Below, piece by piece: positions 1 to 9,731 of a stretch of 64,000 nt of DNA. Origin of the DNA: Candidatus Eiseniibacteriota bacterium. GTDB taxonomy: Bacteria > Eisenbacteria > RBG-16-71-46 > CAIMUX01 > VGJL01. A program made the translations under genes and the position numbers. Below the pieces are notes generated by a model, which had not been told where the DNA came from, searched no databases, and saw nothing but the letters and a program-made list of their open reading frames with translations. Location of the stretch: positions 864,001 to 928,000 of the forward strand of contig CAWBWI010000003.1 in NCBI GenBank assembly GCA_963792585.1, written 5' to 3'. Each line of letters opens with the position of its first letter. Within the stretch, counting starts at the first letter, position 1.

Positions 1-502
1 CCGTGAAGGCGGGATGGACGAGCCACTCGTGAATCCTGTCTCCGCCGATCTGCATTTTCTTCGTCCGATCTTCCTCGAAGAAGTCGACGCGGCCGCCCGC
101 GGCCTTCACCGCGTCGGCGATCCCGGAGCGGGCGTAGCAACGGCGGGGATCGTTGCAGGGATTGTCGAGCACGAGCACCGACTTCGCGCCCGCCTCGACG
201 CACATCCGCACGATCGTCCCGACCACCTCGGGGTTCGTCGTCGCGGCCTGCTCCGGAGTGCGATCCCATCCGATGTTGGGCTTCACGACGACGCGGTCCC
301 CGCGCGTGACGAAGGCGGCGATGCCGCCGAGCGCATCGATCGCGGCGCGGGTGATTGCGGCGGGTGAGGGACCGTGCGCGACAGCGAGAAGGGGGCGGGC
401 GGCATCGGCGGCGATCGCCGGTGCGGCGAATCGAGCGAATGGCAGAAGCGTTCCGGCCGCAATGCTCTCGTAACCAATCTGCAGAAACCTGCGGCGTTTC
501 AT
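1..502 (-). CDS. DUF362 domain (Fe-S-associated) protein with twin-arginine-like signal, 3' end beyond the window
   Basis: Manual translation (absent from the ORF track): MKRRRFLQIG...AAIDALGGIAAFVTRGDRVVVKPNIGWDRTPEQAATTNPEVV...EAGAKSVLVLDNPCND. The VKPN/TxPxVV motifs are typical of DUF362. The frame is open to position 1. Confidence 0.85.
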   Translation of the reverse strand, partial: MKRRRFLQIGYESIAAGTLLPFARFAAPAIAADAARPLLAVAHGPSPAAITRAAIDALGGIAAFVTRGDRVVVKPNIGWDRTPEQAATTNPEVVGTIVRMCVEAGAKSVLVLDNPCNDPRRCYARSGIADAVKAAGGRVDFFEEDRTKKMQIGGDRIHEWLVHPAFT

Positions 503-614
503 GATCACCCCCTACCCAACCCGCGTCAACGTTACCCGCCTGCATCGTGGAGTGTCAACGAGAGTTGACCACCGCCTCCGCCCTCCCTAGGATCCGATCG
601 TTCCCGGAGGGCCT

Positions 615-2492
615 TTGGAAAAAGAGACCGGCGTCCCACCATCTTCCCAGAACGGCACGCGAAGCACCGGCCACAGCGTCATGCAGATCGGTTGGCTGCT
701 CGCCTGGGCGGTTGTCTTCTGCGACATCGGGACCAGCGTCTACTACACGCCGGGTATCCTCTATCACCATGTCGGCAATCTCGCCCCTTATTTCGTCCTC
801 CTGACGACCGTCGGCTTTCTATTCCTGTCGCAGAAGTACGCGGAGGTCTCCTGGCGCAATCCTGAGGGGGGCGGTGTCGTCACGGTCGCGAAGAAGGCCT
901 TCGGGAGCTGGTGGGGGGCCTTCGGCGGAATCCTGATCACGATCGATTACTTCCTGACGTCCGCGATCTCCTCGGTCTCCGGTTTCGCCTACCTGGCTTC
1001 GATCTTTCCGAACCTCCTTCCCCATGTCGCCATGCTCGCGTGCGCCGGGATCGCCCTGCTGTGCCTGCTGAACATCATCGGGATCCGGGAGAGCGCGACC
1101 GTCGCCCTGGGGTTCGCGGCCGCCTCGTTGGTGGCGAATCTCGCGGTCATCATCGTGGCGATCGCCGGGTTCCATACGGGCAACCTTCGCGTCTTGCAGG
1201 AGGCGGCGGGGCAGTTCAAGGCGCTGCCGCTCCGCTATGTAATGATCGGCTTCGCGGGGTCGTGGCTGGCGTTTTCGGGGCTCGAGAGCATCAGCCAGCT
1301 CTCGCCGGCGTTGAAGCTCCCGACCAGGAAGACCGTCCGGTACGCGATGTTCGCCGTGGTCGGGACGATTCTCGTGACTGCGCCCACCCTGACGGCGCTC
1401 TCGATTGCGGTCATTCCGGAATCGATGAAGGCGACCCGGACCGACAGCTTCATTTCCGATCTCGCGCTGACGACGTCGGGGCCGTGGCTTCAGATCTATG
1501 TCGTCGCGGCGGCCTCCGCCCTGCTCCTCTTCGCCGCGAACACGGCCATGATCGGGGGATATCACGTCTTCCTCGCGCTCTCCCGCGACCGTTTCTTCCC
1601 GCGCATCCTCGCGAAGCGGAACGCTCGATTCTCGACGCCGCATTGGGCGATTCTCATCACAACCGCCGTTCCACTCATCACGATCCTTCTGACCCGGGGC
1701 AAGCTGACCCTCCTGGGTGACATGTACTCGTTCGGGCTGCTCGGAGCGTTCACCTTCACCTCGCTCGGACTCGACGTCATCCGGTGGCGCGAGGGGAGCC
1801 GGAGCACCCTCTTCTGGATCGGGCTGGTGACGACGTTGATGGTCAGCGGATCGTGGGCGGTGAACATGGTCGAAAAGCCGCTGGCGACCATCTACGGGGG
1901 AACCCTCGCCGTACTCGGCTTGGGCTGGGCCCTGGCGGTCAGGCGGGAGTGGATCATCCACGCGATCAACCGGATCCCGTTCATCGCCAAGCGGGCTTTC
2001 GTCGTCCGCGCGAGGACCGAGTACGCCGTCGAGGAGGAGCAGGAGATCATCACGGTCGCCTCCGCCGTCGCGATGCGATCGCTCTATCCCTCCACGACGC
2101 TTGTCGCCGTATTGGGGTACAACCGCAAGCTGATGGAGGAGGCGATCCTCAGGGCGAAGGGCGAAGACGAACACGCTCTCTATCTGATCTCGGTCACCGA
2201 GTGGCCGGGGCTCTTCTCCGGCGCGGACCAGCGCCCGTCGCCGGAGGTCGTCCAGTCGATGAACCAGATGGGCCAGGACGCCGCGAAAGAGGGTGTCTTC
2301 GTGATCCCGATCTGGGCGATCAGCGACGACGCTTCGCGAACGATCTCCGAGGCGGCCCTCGCGCTTGGCTGCACTGCGGTGATGCTGGGCGTGACCCAGC
2401 GCAGCGCGATCTACCACATGCTGCGCGGCAACGTGCTGCGCGGTCTGACCCGAAGGCTCCCCGAGAACTTCAAGATCATCACGGTCGGCTGA
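615..2492 (+). CDS. APC-superfamily permease with C-terminal cytoplasmic USP-like domain
   Basis: About 12 hydrophobic segments, DIGTSVYY, EGGG, AFSGLESISQ and SRDRFFP motifs, and a soluble C-terminal domain ending LRGNVLRGL. The start codon is uncertain (TTG 615 or ATG 681). Confidence 0.85.
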   Translation: MEKETGVPPSSQNGTRSTGHSVMQIGWLLAWAVVFCDIGTSVYYTPGILYHHVGNLAPYFVLLTTVGFLFLSQKYAEVSWRNPEGGGVVTVAKKAFGSWWGAFGGILITIDYFLTSAISSVSGFAYLASIFPNLLPHVAMLACAGIALLCLLNIIGIRESATVALGFAAASLVANLAVIIVAIAGFHTGNLRVLQEAAGQFKALPLRYVMIGFAGSWLAFSGLESISQLSPALKLPTRKTVRYAMFAVVGTILVTAPTLTALSIAVIPESMKATRTDSFISDLALTTSGPWLQIYVVAAASALLLFAANTAMIGGYHVFLALSRDRFFPRILAKRNARFSTPHWAILITTAVPLITILLTRGKLTLLGDMYSFGLLGAFTFTSLGLDVIRWREGSRSTLFWIGLVTTLMVSGSWAVNMVEKPLATIYGGTLAVLGLGWALAVRREWIIHAINRIPFIAKRAFVVRARTEYAVEEEQEIITVASAVAMRSLYPSTTLVAVLGYNRKLMEEAILRAKGEDEHALYLISVTEWPGLFSGADQRPSPEVVQSMNQMGQDAAKEGVFVIPIWAISDDASRTISEAALALGCTAVMLGVTQRSAIYHMLRGNVLRGLTRRLPENFKIITVG

Positions 2493-2510
2493 GACGCTGA
2501 GGAGTCGAGG

Positions 2511-2539
2511 CAGCGCGGCGGGACCGGCCCGCCGCGCTG
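2511..2539. terminator. GC-rich hairpin between convergent genes
   Basis: Perfect 12-bp stem CAGCGCGGCGGG/CCCGCCGCGCTG with a 5-nt loop. No U-tract. Confidence 0.5.
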
Positions 2540-2550
2540 TCACCCCCGGC

Positions 2551-3529
2551 CTATATGTGAGGGTTTTCGATGGGTGTATCCGGGAAGTCGTAGAGCGGCG
2601 TGGAGAGATATCGCTCGCCATGGCTCGCGAGGACCGCAACGATCAGCTTTCCCGCGTTCTCCGGCCGGGCCGCGACCTTGTACGCCGCCTGCGCGACCGC
2701 GCCGCTCGATATCCCGACCATGAGGCCGTCCTCGCGGCAGAGCCGACGCGCGGCATCGAATGCCTCGTCGTTCGTGACCTGAACGACCTCGTCGAGGATC
2801 TCGAGGTTCAGGACTTCGGGGATGAAGCCGGCGCCGATTCCCTGGATCTTGTGAGGACCCGGGACCAACTCCTGCCCGGCCATCTTCTGGCTGATGACGG
2901 GGGAGTGCGACGGGCTCGACGGCGATCGACCTTCACCGACGGCTTCTTCTCCTTGAGGACCTCGCCGCAGCCTGTGATCGTGCCGCCCGTGCCGACGCCG
3001 GCGACGAAGATGTCGATCTTGCCGTCGGTGTCGTCCCAGATCTCGACCGCGGTCGTCTTGCGGTGGATCGCGGGGTTCGCCGGGTTGACGAACTGGCCGA
3101 TGATGATCGAGTTCGGCGTCTGCGTCTTCGAGCTCCTCCGCCTTGGCGATCGCGCCCTTCATTCCCTTCGGCCCCTCGGTGAGCACGACCGTCGCGCCGA
3201 GGGCCGCGAGGATCTTCCGGCGCTCGATCGACATCGTCTCGGGCATCGTGAGGATGAGCGGGATCCGCTTCGCGGCGCAGATGAAGGCGAGCCCGATCCC
3301 GGTGTTGCCGGAGGTCGGCTCGATCACCGTCGTGCCGGGCCGGATGACTCCCCGGTCGATGGCGTCCTGGACCATCGAGAAGCCGATCCGATCCTTCACG
3401 CTCGACATCGGGTTGAACGACTCGAGCTTGAAGACGACGATCGGCCTTCAGGTCCCTCGAGAAGTACGGTGTGCGGACGAGCGGGGTGCGTCCGATCGTG
3501 TCGATGATGGAGTCATATATCCTGGCCAT
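2551..3529 (-). CDS. cysK: cysteine synthase A (frameshifted in this sequence near 3445, 3125 and 2925)
   Basis: Fragments in different frames: [18 protein letters not shown] (PLP lysine), [45 protein letters not shown]. Confidence 0.9.
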
Positions 3530-3638
3530 GACAGGTCTCCTTCCGGACGGTTTCTGGAATACGTTTCAACGCGGGACGCTTCGTCCCGGGGTGCCATCAT
3601 CCATCGATGAGTCTGTCGATCTTCGTTGAGGCTGAGCC

Positions 3639-4583
3639 TCAACAGCGCGCGCTGCCGGTCGGCTCGGGGCCCGGCTCGATACGCTGCTCCGAGGGGGTCG
3701 TGACGACCTTGCTCCCCGGAGGAATCGAGTGGGTGACCCAGGTGTTGCCGCCGATCACCGAGCCGCGGCCGATCACGGTGTCGCCGCCCAGGATGGTCGC
3801 GCCCGCATAGATGACCACTTCGTCCTCGATCGTCGGGTGGCGCTTCGTGCCGCGGATCAGGTCGGCCCCGCTCGTCCTTCGGGAAGGAGAGTGCCCCCAG
3901 GGTCACGCCCTGGTAGATCTTCACGTTCGCGCCGATGTCGGTCGTCTCGCCGATCACGACCCCGGTGCCGTGGTCGATGAAGAAGCTCTCACCGATCCGG
4001 GCGCCCGGGTGGATGTCGACACCGGTCTTGCGGTGCGCCCACTCGCGTCATGATCCGGGGGATCAGCGGGACGTCGAGGACGTTCAGGATGTGGGCGATC
4101 CGGTAGACCGTGATCGCCTCGAGGCCCGGGTAGGCGAGGACGATCTCGGCGAAGTTCTTCGCCGCGGGGTCGCCGTCGATAGGCGGCCTGGACGTCGAGC
4201 GACAGCAGGCGGCGCACCTCGGGCAGTTCGGCCACGAAGGCGTCGACGATGCGGTCGGTGAATTCGACACAGTGGTTGCACGGATCGTCGGCCGGGCACT
4301 CGCTGCGGATGGCGAGGTAGATCTGCTCGTCCAGCTCGTCGGCGATGTCGTCCAGCAGCGCCCCGATGTGGTAGGCGACGTTGTCGTGTGTCAGATGCTG
4401 GTTGCCGAAGAATCCCGGATAGACGACGTCGAAGATCTTCTCGATCAGCGCGACCGTGCGCTCCTGCGAGGGAAGTCGCCGGCTCTGGTCGAGGTTGTGC
4501 GCGTGCGGCAGATCGTCGCTGTAGGTGTCGACGAGGCGCCGCGTGTATTCGGCGAGCCGGTCCTGGATCGGACGCTTCTTCAT
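3639..4583 (-). CDS. cysE: serine O-acetyltransferase (frameshifted near 4180, 4040 and 3865)
   Basis: [62 protein letters not shown] and [21 protein letters not shown], distributed over several frames. Confidence 0.88.
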
Positions 4584-5227
4584 TGGAGGAAGGGGTTCGT
4601 CCGGCGCTCGTGGCCGATCGTGGTCATGGGGCCGTGGCCGGGCACGACCACCGTTTCGTCGGGGAACGCCATCAGCCGCTGCTGGATCGAGCGAAGGATC
4701 GCATCCATGTCGCCTCCCCAGAGGTCCGTTCGCCCGATGCTGCCCAGGAACAGCGTGTCGCCCGCGAAGAGGCGCGACTCCTCCTCGTGCGTTCCGCTGT
4801 TGGGCACGCTCAGGCAAAGACTGCCCGGAGTGTGCCCGGGCGTGTGGAGAATCTCTCCGCGGACCCGCCCGATGAGCATCTCCTCACCATCGGTGACGTG
4901 GCGGTCGACGGGGAGGGTGCTGGGAACCGGGAATCCGAACATCCGCGCCTGCATCTCCACCATGTCGTAGAGGAACTGGTCTTCCTGGTGCAGGAGGACG
5001 CGGGCGCCCGTTGCAGCGGCGATCCTCTCGGTCGCACCGACGTGATCGAGATGGGCATGCGTGTGGAGGAGCGCCTCGCAGGTCAGGTCGAGCCGCTGAA
5101 GCGCGCTCAGGATCAATTGAGGATCGTCTCCCGGGTCGATCACGAGGGCACGCCGGGTCTCCTCGCACCCAAGCACGGTGCAGTTGCATTGGAGGACGCC
5201 GACGGGGAAAGTCTCTATGATCATCAT
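4580..5227 (-). CDS. MBL-fold metallo-hydrolase (glyoxalase II/YcbL-like)
   Basis: C-terminal part of ORF 4580..6406: HTHAHLDH, HTPGHTPGS, GDTLF..SIGRTDL, PGHG..TTIG.ERR.NPF. Confidence 0.9.
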   Translation of the reverse strand: MMIIETFPVGVLQCNCTVLGCEETRRALVIDPGDDPQLILSALQRLDLTCEALLHTHAHLDHVGATERIAAATGARVLLHQEDQFLYDMVEMQARMFGFPVPSTLPVDRHVTDGEEMLIGRVRGEILHTPGHTPGSLCLSVPNSGTHEEESRLFAGDTLFLGSIGRTDLWGGDMDAILRSIQQRLMAFPDETVVVPGHGPMTTIGHERRTNPFLQ

Positions 5228-5296
5228 TCGGTTCCGGAATCGGTTGAACGAACGGATTACGTTAGCAGAAAGGTTCCGCAGCGAGCAACGGAGGTT

Positions 5297-6886
5297 ATGG
5301 TGCTCGAACGTCCACCCATCTACGCGCCCCGGGTCGCGGCGGCCACATCGCACGCTCTCGCGACCCAAACGGCGCTGGAACTGCTGCGACAGGGCGGATC
5401 TGCGGCCGATGCGGCCGTCGGCGCCGGGGCGGTTCTGACGGTGGTCGAACCGTGGGCGAGTCATCTCGGGGGCGACGCGTTCGCGATCGTCTGGGATGCG
5501 GCCGAGAGGAAGGCCCGCGCGATCCAGGGGAGTGGGGAGGCGCCGCGCGGCATCTCCGTGGGGCTGATCCAGGCGGCCGGCAAGATCCCGCTGCGCGGGG
5601 CGATGCCGGTCACCGTACCCGGGATGGTGGGGGCATGGTTTCATCTGCTCGCCTCGCGGGGGCGACTCTCCCCGACGCAGGTTTTCGCCCCCGCAATCGC
5701 CTTGGCGGCCGACGGCTTCCCCGTCGGTGGGCGGTGGGAGAAGGTCTTCCGCCTGCAGCGCGAAGTGGTGCGCGGCGATCCCGCGCTCGCCGGACTGGAG
5801 GTGACCGCCGGTACGCGCGTGCGGCAGCCTGACCTGGCCGCCTCGATGCGCCGCCTCGCCGACGAAGGGGCCGACGCCTTCTATCGCGGCGCCCTCGCCG
5901 CCCGGATCGCAGAAGAAGTCAACGCGCGCGGCGGCGTGCTCGGCCTCGATGATCTGCGACGTCACGAGACCGAGGAGGTCGAGCCGCTGGCAACGGAGCT
6001 CGAAAGCTGCTGCCTCCTCGAGCAGCCGCCACCCTCGCAGGGAGGGATGGTGCTCGCGATGCTCCTTGCCCTCGAGGAGGCCGATGTCCGCGGCTGGAGG
6101 ATCGAGGGGACCGACGCGCGCGCCTTGGCGCGGGAGATCCACCTGCAGGTGGAGGCCTATCGCCGCGTCCGCGCGGACCGCGACCGTCACCTGTGTGATC
6201 CGCGTTTCGGGGGCGCGCCCCTCGATCGGATGCTGGAGCGCTGGACTGCGCGGGAGCCGGCCGCCGGGCTCCTCGACGGAATCGACCTGCACAAGACGAC
6301 TGCATTGGCGCCACCGGCCGCGATCGAGGACGTTCGCGACACGACATATCTCTGCGTCGTCGACGCGAGCGGGAACGCCGTCAGCTGGATCCAGTCGATC
6401 TTCCATCCGTTCGGCGCCGGTTTCGTCGTGCCGGGCACCGGGATCCTCTTGAACAACCGCCTCAACGGCTTCTCACTCGATCCTTCCTCACCGAACGTCA
6501 TGGCGCCGGGCAAGCGGACCGTGCACACGCTCAACGCCTGGATGGCGCTGCGCGACGGCCGACCCTGGCTGATCGGCGGGACGCCGGGGGCGGAACGGCA
6601 GATCCAGACGAACGTCCAGGTCCTGCGCGCGCGCGTTGCGCGGAACCTCCCGCTCGCGGAAGCGTTGCGGATGCCGCGGTGGGGACTCGACGAGCAGGAC
6701 CGGATCGCGATCGAGGGTCGCATCCCCCGGGAGGCGCGCCGCCGGCTCGAGCGGTACGGACACCGGGTCGTCCGCGTGGGCCCCTGGGACGGCAGCGGGT
6801 ACGTTCAAGCGATCGAGCGGCTGGAAGACGGCGGCTGGATGGCCTGCACCGATCCGCGTGGGGAGGGGCTGGCCGCGGGGTTCTAG
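5297..6886 (+). CDS. ggt: gamma-glutamyltransferase family protein (no obvious signal peptide, YwrD-like)
   Basis: GGSAADAAV, LGGDAFA, VTVPG, nucleophile motif DTTYLCVVD, GILLNNR, PGKRT.HTL, GTPGA, DPRGEG. GGAGG RBS before ATG 5297. Confidence 0.88.
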   Translation: MVLERPPIYAPRVAAATSHALATQTALELLRQGGSAADAAVGAGAVLTVVEPWASHLGGDAFAIVWDAAERKARAIQGSGEAPRGISVGLIQAAGKIPLRGAMPVTVPGMVGAWFHLLASRGRLSPTQVFAPAIALAADGFPVGGRWEKVFRLQREVVRGDPALAGLEVTAGTRVRQPDLAASMRRLADEGADAFYRGALAARIAEEVNARGGVLGLDDLRRHETEEVEPLATELESCCLLEQPPPSQGGMVLAMLLALEEADVRGWRIEGTDARALAREIHLQVEAYRRVRADRDRHLCDPRFGGAPLDRMLERWTAREPAAGLLDGIDLHKTTALAPPAAIEDVRDTTYLCVVDASGNAVSWIQSIFHPFGAGFVVPGTGILLNNRLNGFSLDPSSPNVMAPGKRTVHTLNAWMALRDGRPWLIGGTPGAERQIQTNVQVLRARVARNLPLAEALRMPRWGLDEQDRIAIEGRIPREARRRLERYGHRVVRVGPWDGSGYVQAIERLEDGGWMACTDPRGEGLAAGF

Positions 6887-7003
6887 ACGGCGGGTCCGCT
6901 GCGGGAAGCGCCCACGGCGCGTCTGCGCAAAAAACCCCAAGCGCTCGCGTACGGGCGTTCGCTTCCCATCAGGCGTCGGATGGTGGATCGATCTCTTCCG
7001 CCC

Positions 7004-7030
7004 TCAAGTGCCGATGCCCGCTTCCGATAC
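7004..7030 (+). promoter_or_regulatory. sigma28 (FliA)-type promoter for motAB
   Basis: TCAA-N15-TCCGATAC versus the consensus TAAA-N15-GCCGATAA. Confidence 0.65.
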
Positions 7031-7088
7031 TCCCTTCAAGCGGCGCCGGGGACTGCCCGGTGGCGATGCGTCGGCTTGGGGAGCGTGA

Positions 7089-7988
7089 ATGTTTACCCTG
7101 ATTGGTGTTGCCGTGGTGGTCGGGTCCGTGCTCGGCGGTTTCATGATCGCCGGTGGCAAGATCATGGCCCTCGTGCAGATCTCCGAGTTCATCGTGGTCG
7201 GCGGGACGGCGCTCGGCACGATTCTCATCTCGACCCCGCTTCCCGTCATCAAGGCGCTCGCAAGGGACATTCCAAGGATCCTCAAGCCGAGTCCGTTCAG
7301 CGGCACGCTGTACCTCGAGTCGCTCAAGATGCTCTTCGAGCTGTTCCAGATGGCACAACGAGACGGACTCGTCGCGATCGAATCGCACATCGAGTCGCCG
7401 GACAAGAGTTCCCTCTTCAAGAAGTACCCGATGGTTGTCGCGCAACACCACGCCATGACTTTCCTATGCGATTCCCTTCGTCTCGTTCTGATGGGGAGCG
7501 TGCCCCCCCACGACCTCGAGATGCTCTTGGACACCGAGATCGACGTCCACCACGAGCAGGAAGCCAAGTCGGCGACCGTGCTCTCGAAGGTCAGCGACTC
7601 GCTTCCGGGAATCGGGATCGTTGCCGCCGTCCTCGGCGTCGTCGTGACGATGGCGGCGATCAGCGGCCCGGTCGAGAAGGTAGGCGAGCACGTGGCCGCC
7701 GCGCTCACCGGCACTTTCCTCGGCGTCCTCCTGGCGTACGGTTTCGTCGGCCCGCTCGGCACCGCCCTCGAGCACATCCAGGCCTCCGAGACCCGCTACT
7801 ACCACTTCATCAAGGCCAGCGTTGTCGCGGTCGCGAAGGGGTCGACGCCGATCGTGTCGGTCGAGTTCGCAAGACGCGCCATCACCAGCGAGGTCCGGCC
7901 CACCTTCGGGGAAATGGAAGAAGCCTGCAAGCGCCTGAAGCAGAAGCCGGGTGCGGCCGGGAAGCAGAATGACCAACAAGCGGCGTGA
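7089..7988 (+). CDS. motA: flagellar stator MotA
   Basis: N-terminal TMs, RDGLVAIESHIE, LPGIGIVAAVLGVV.TM, ALTGTFLGVLLAYGFVGP, VEFARRAI. Confidence 0.95.
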   Translation: MFTLIGVAVVVGSVLGGFMIAGGKIMALVQISEFIVVGGTALGTILISTPLPVIKALARDIPRILKPSPFSGTLYLESLKMLFELFQMAQRDGLVAIESHIESPDKSSLFKKYPMVVAQHHAMTFLCDSLRLVLMGSVPPHDLEMLLDTEIDVHHEQEAKSATVLSKVSDSLPGIGIVAAVLGVVVTMAAISGPVEKVGEHVAAALTGTFLGVLLAYGFVGPLGTALEHIQASETRYYHFIKASVVAVAKGSTPIVSVEFARRAITSEVRPTFGEMEEACKRLKQKPGAAGKQNDQQAA

Positions 7989-8796
7989 AGCCCCGATCCA
8001 GATCATCATCAAGAAGAAGGGTCACGGCGGCGCCGCTCACGGCGGGGCGTGGAAGGTGGCGTTCGCTGACTTCATGACCGCCATGTTCTGCCTCTTCCTC
8101 GTCCTCTGGATCGTCAACCAGAGCTCGGACGTGAAGTCGGCGATCGCGGGCTACTTCCAGGATCCCCTCGGACGCGCCGACGAGTATGGCAGCTCGATCA
8201 TGCCCGGCGAAGGCCAATACGCCTCCACCCCGCGCGTTCTCAGCGAAAGGGACGTGCTGAGCCTCCGCCGGGACCGGCTGCAACGCCTCGGCGACGCCAT
8301 CGAGGAGAAGCTGTCGGACACGCCGGCATTCGAGGAGATCCGCGAGCACGTCGACATCAGTCTCACCGAAGACGGCCTTCGTATCGAGTTGCTCGAGGAT
8401 TCCAGCGGCGTGTTCTTCGAGACAGGGAAGCCCAACTTGAGCATGCACGGGCGCGAGATCCTCGCGCTGCTTGGCGCGGAGCTGGGGACCCTCCCGAACT
8501 TCGTTCGCATCGAGGGGCATACGGACGCCTACCCGTTCCGCGGCGACGCGACCTACACGAACTGGGAGCTGTCGGCCGATCGAGCCAACACGGCGCGGAG
8601 GATCATGACCTCGAGCGGGCTGCGGGTGGAGCAGATTACCCAGGTGACCGGCTTCGCGGAGCGTCAGCCGAGGGTCGTCCAGGACCCCTATTCCCCGCGG
8701 AATCGGAGGATCACGATTACGATGTTGCTCGGCGAGGCGACTCGTCGGCCGGGCGACCCGGGTGCGGTGAAGCCGCGGGAGGCCGAAGCGCCTTGA
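7969..8796 (+). CDS. motB: flagellar stator MotB
   Basis: HGGAWKVAFADFMTAM TM motif and OmpA-like domain (IEGHTDA, NWELSADRA, NRRI). Confidence 0.95.
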   Translation: MTNKRREAPIQIIIKKKGHGGAAHGGAWKVAFADFMTAMFCLFLVLWIVNQSSDVKSAIAGYFQDPLGRADEYGSSIMPGEGQYASTPRVLSERDVLSLRRDRLQRLGDAIEEKLSDTPAFEEIREHVDISLTEDGLRIELLEDSSGVFFETGKPNLSMHGREILALLGAELGTLPNFVRIEGHTDAYPFRGDATYTNWELSADRANTARRIMTSSGLRVEQITQVTGFAERQPRVVQDPYSPRNRRITITMLLGEATRRPGDPGAVKPREAEAP

Positions 8797-9659
8797 GACG
8801 GGAGCGCGAACTCCTCCAGCAGCTCCGGATCGAGCGCGAGCGTCTAAGGGCTGCGGAAGCCGAGATCGACCAGTTGCGGTTGCTGCTCGGTGTGCGAAAG
8901 GACCGGCAGGTCGGCGCCTTCGTCAAGCTGCTGGATCGGATCCTGTTGGGGGCGGGGGACCGCGGTGAGCGGATGGCCCGATTCGCAAAGCAGATTGCGG
9001 CCCGCTTCGAAATGCAGCCCAGCTACCTTCCCGACCTCGAGATCGCGGCGCGTCTACACGAACTCGGCCGCGTGGTCATGCTCCGCCAGAAGGGCGTGGA
9101 GATCTGCAAATCGGTGGATGAGAACGACTGGGAGTATGCCCGCTTCACCAAAGGGATCCTCGAGCAGATCGACGGACTGGCCGGCGCGGCCGGGCTGGTG
9201 GGCAGCATCTATGAGAACTGGGACGGCTCCGGTGTCCCGCACCATCTCGCGAAGGGGCAGATTCCGCTGCGGTGCCGCATCCTCCGGGTCCTGATCGACA
9301 TGACGAGCGCCTTCGACGCGCACCCGGATCTGTCGTTTGAAGAGATTCTGGATCTTCTCGGTGAGCACTGCGGCACGCTCTACGATCCGATGGTCTTCGC
9401 GCACGCCAGCCAGATCGTTCTGAACGAGCAAGATGCCACCGACGGATGCCGCAGCTGCGTCAGCATTCCCGTGACCGACCTGAGTCCCGGAATGGTCCTG
9501 GCGGAAGACCTGTACGCCGATTCCGGCATCAAGCTCCTCGCGCGCGGCACGACCCTGACGCCGGGCGCCATCGAGGCGATCCTGCGCCGGCACCGGTTCG
9601 ATCCGATCGTGGACGGCGTGCCGATCCGCAATCCGGAATCGCCGCGGCGCGCGGGCTGA
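8793..9659 (+). CDS. HD-GYP-like protein with degenerate catalytic motifs
   Basis: AARLHELG, IYENWDGSGVP..LAKGQIPL..RIL, GTLYDP. TTG start overlaps the motB stop. Confidence 0.75.
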   Translation: MRRERELLQQLRIERERLRAAEAEIDQLRLLLGVRKDRQVGAFVKLLDRILLGAGDRGERMARFAKQIAARFEMQPSYLPDLEIAARLHELGRVVMLRQKGVEICKSVDENDWEYARFTKGILEQIDGLAGAAGLVGSIYENWDGSGVPHHLAKGQIPLRCRILRVLIDMTSAFDAHPDLSFEEILDLLGEHCGTLYDPMVFAHASQIVLNEQDATDGCRSCVSIPVTDLSPGMVLAEDLYADSGIKLLARGTTLTPGAIEAILRRHRFDPIVDGVPIRNPESPRRAG

Positions 9660-9731
9660 GCGAGGCGCTAGACGGCGCGCGTGCGCGATCCCTCAGGGGG
9701 ATCTCATCGGCACGAATCCGAGATCGCCGAC

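Noticed and set aside
819..2639. Long antisense ORFs (also 19667..21235, 32939..34456, 44247..46034, 47338..49341 and others)
   Set aside because: These are shadow frames of real genes, expected in high-GC DNA, with no recognisable motifs.
4388..5296. N-terminal extensions of the GGT ORF (likewise ORFs 4580..6406, 11935..13665 and 15968..17002)
   Set aside because: They overlap well-supported genes, and homology-like sequence begins only at the internal starts used here.
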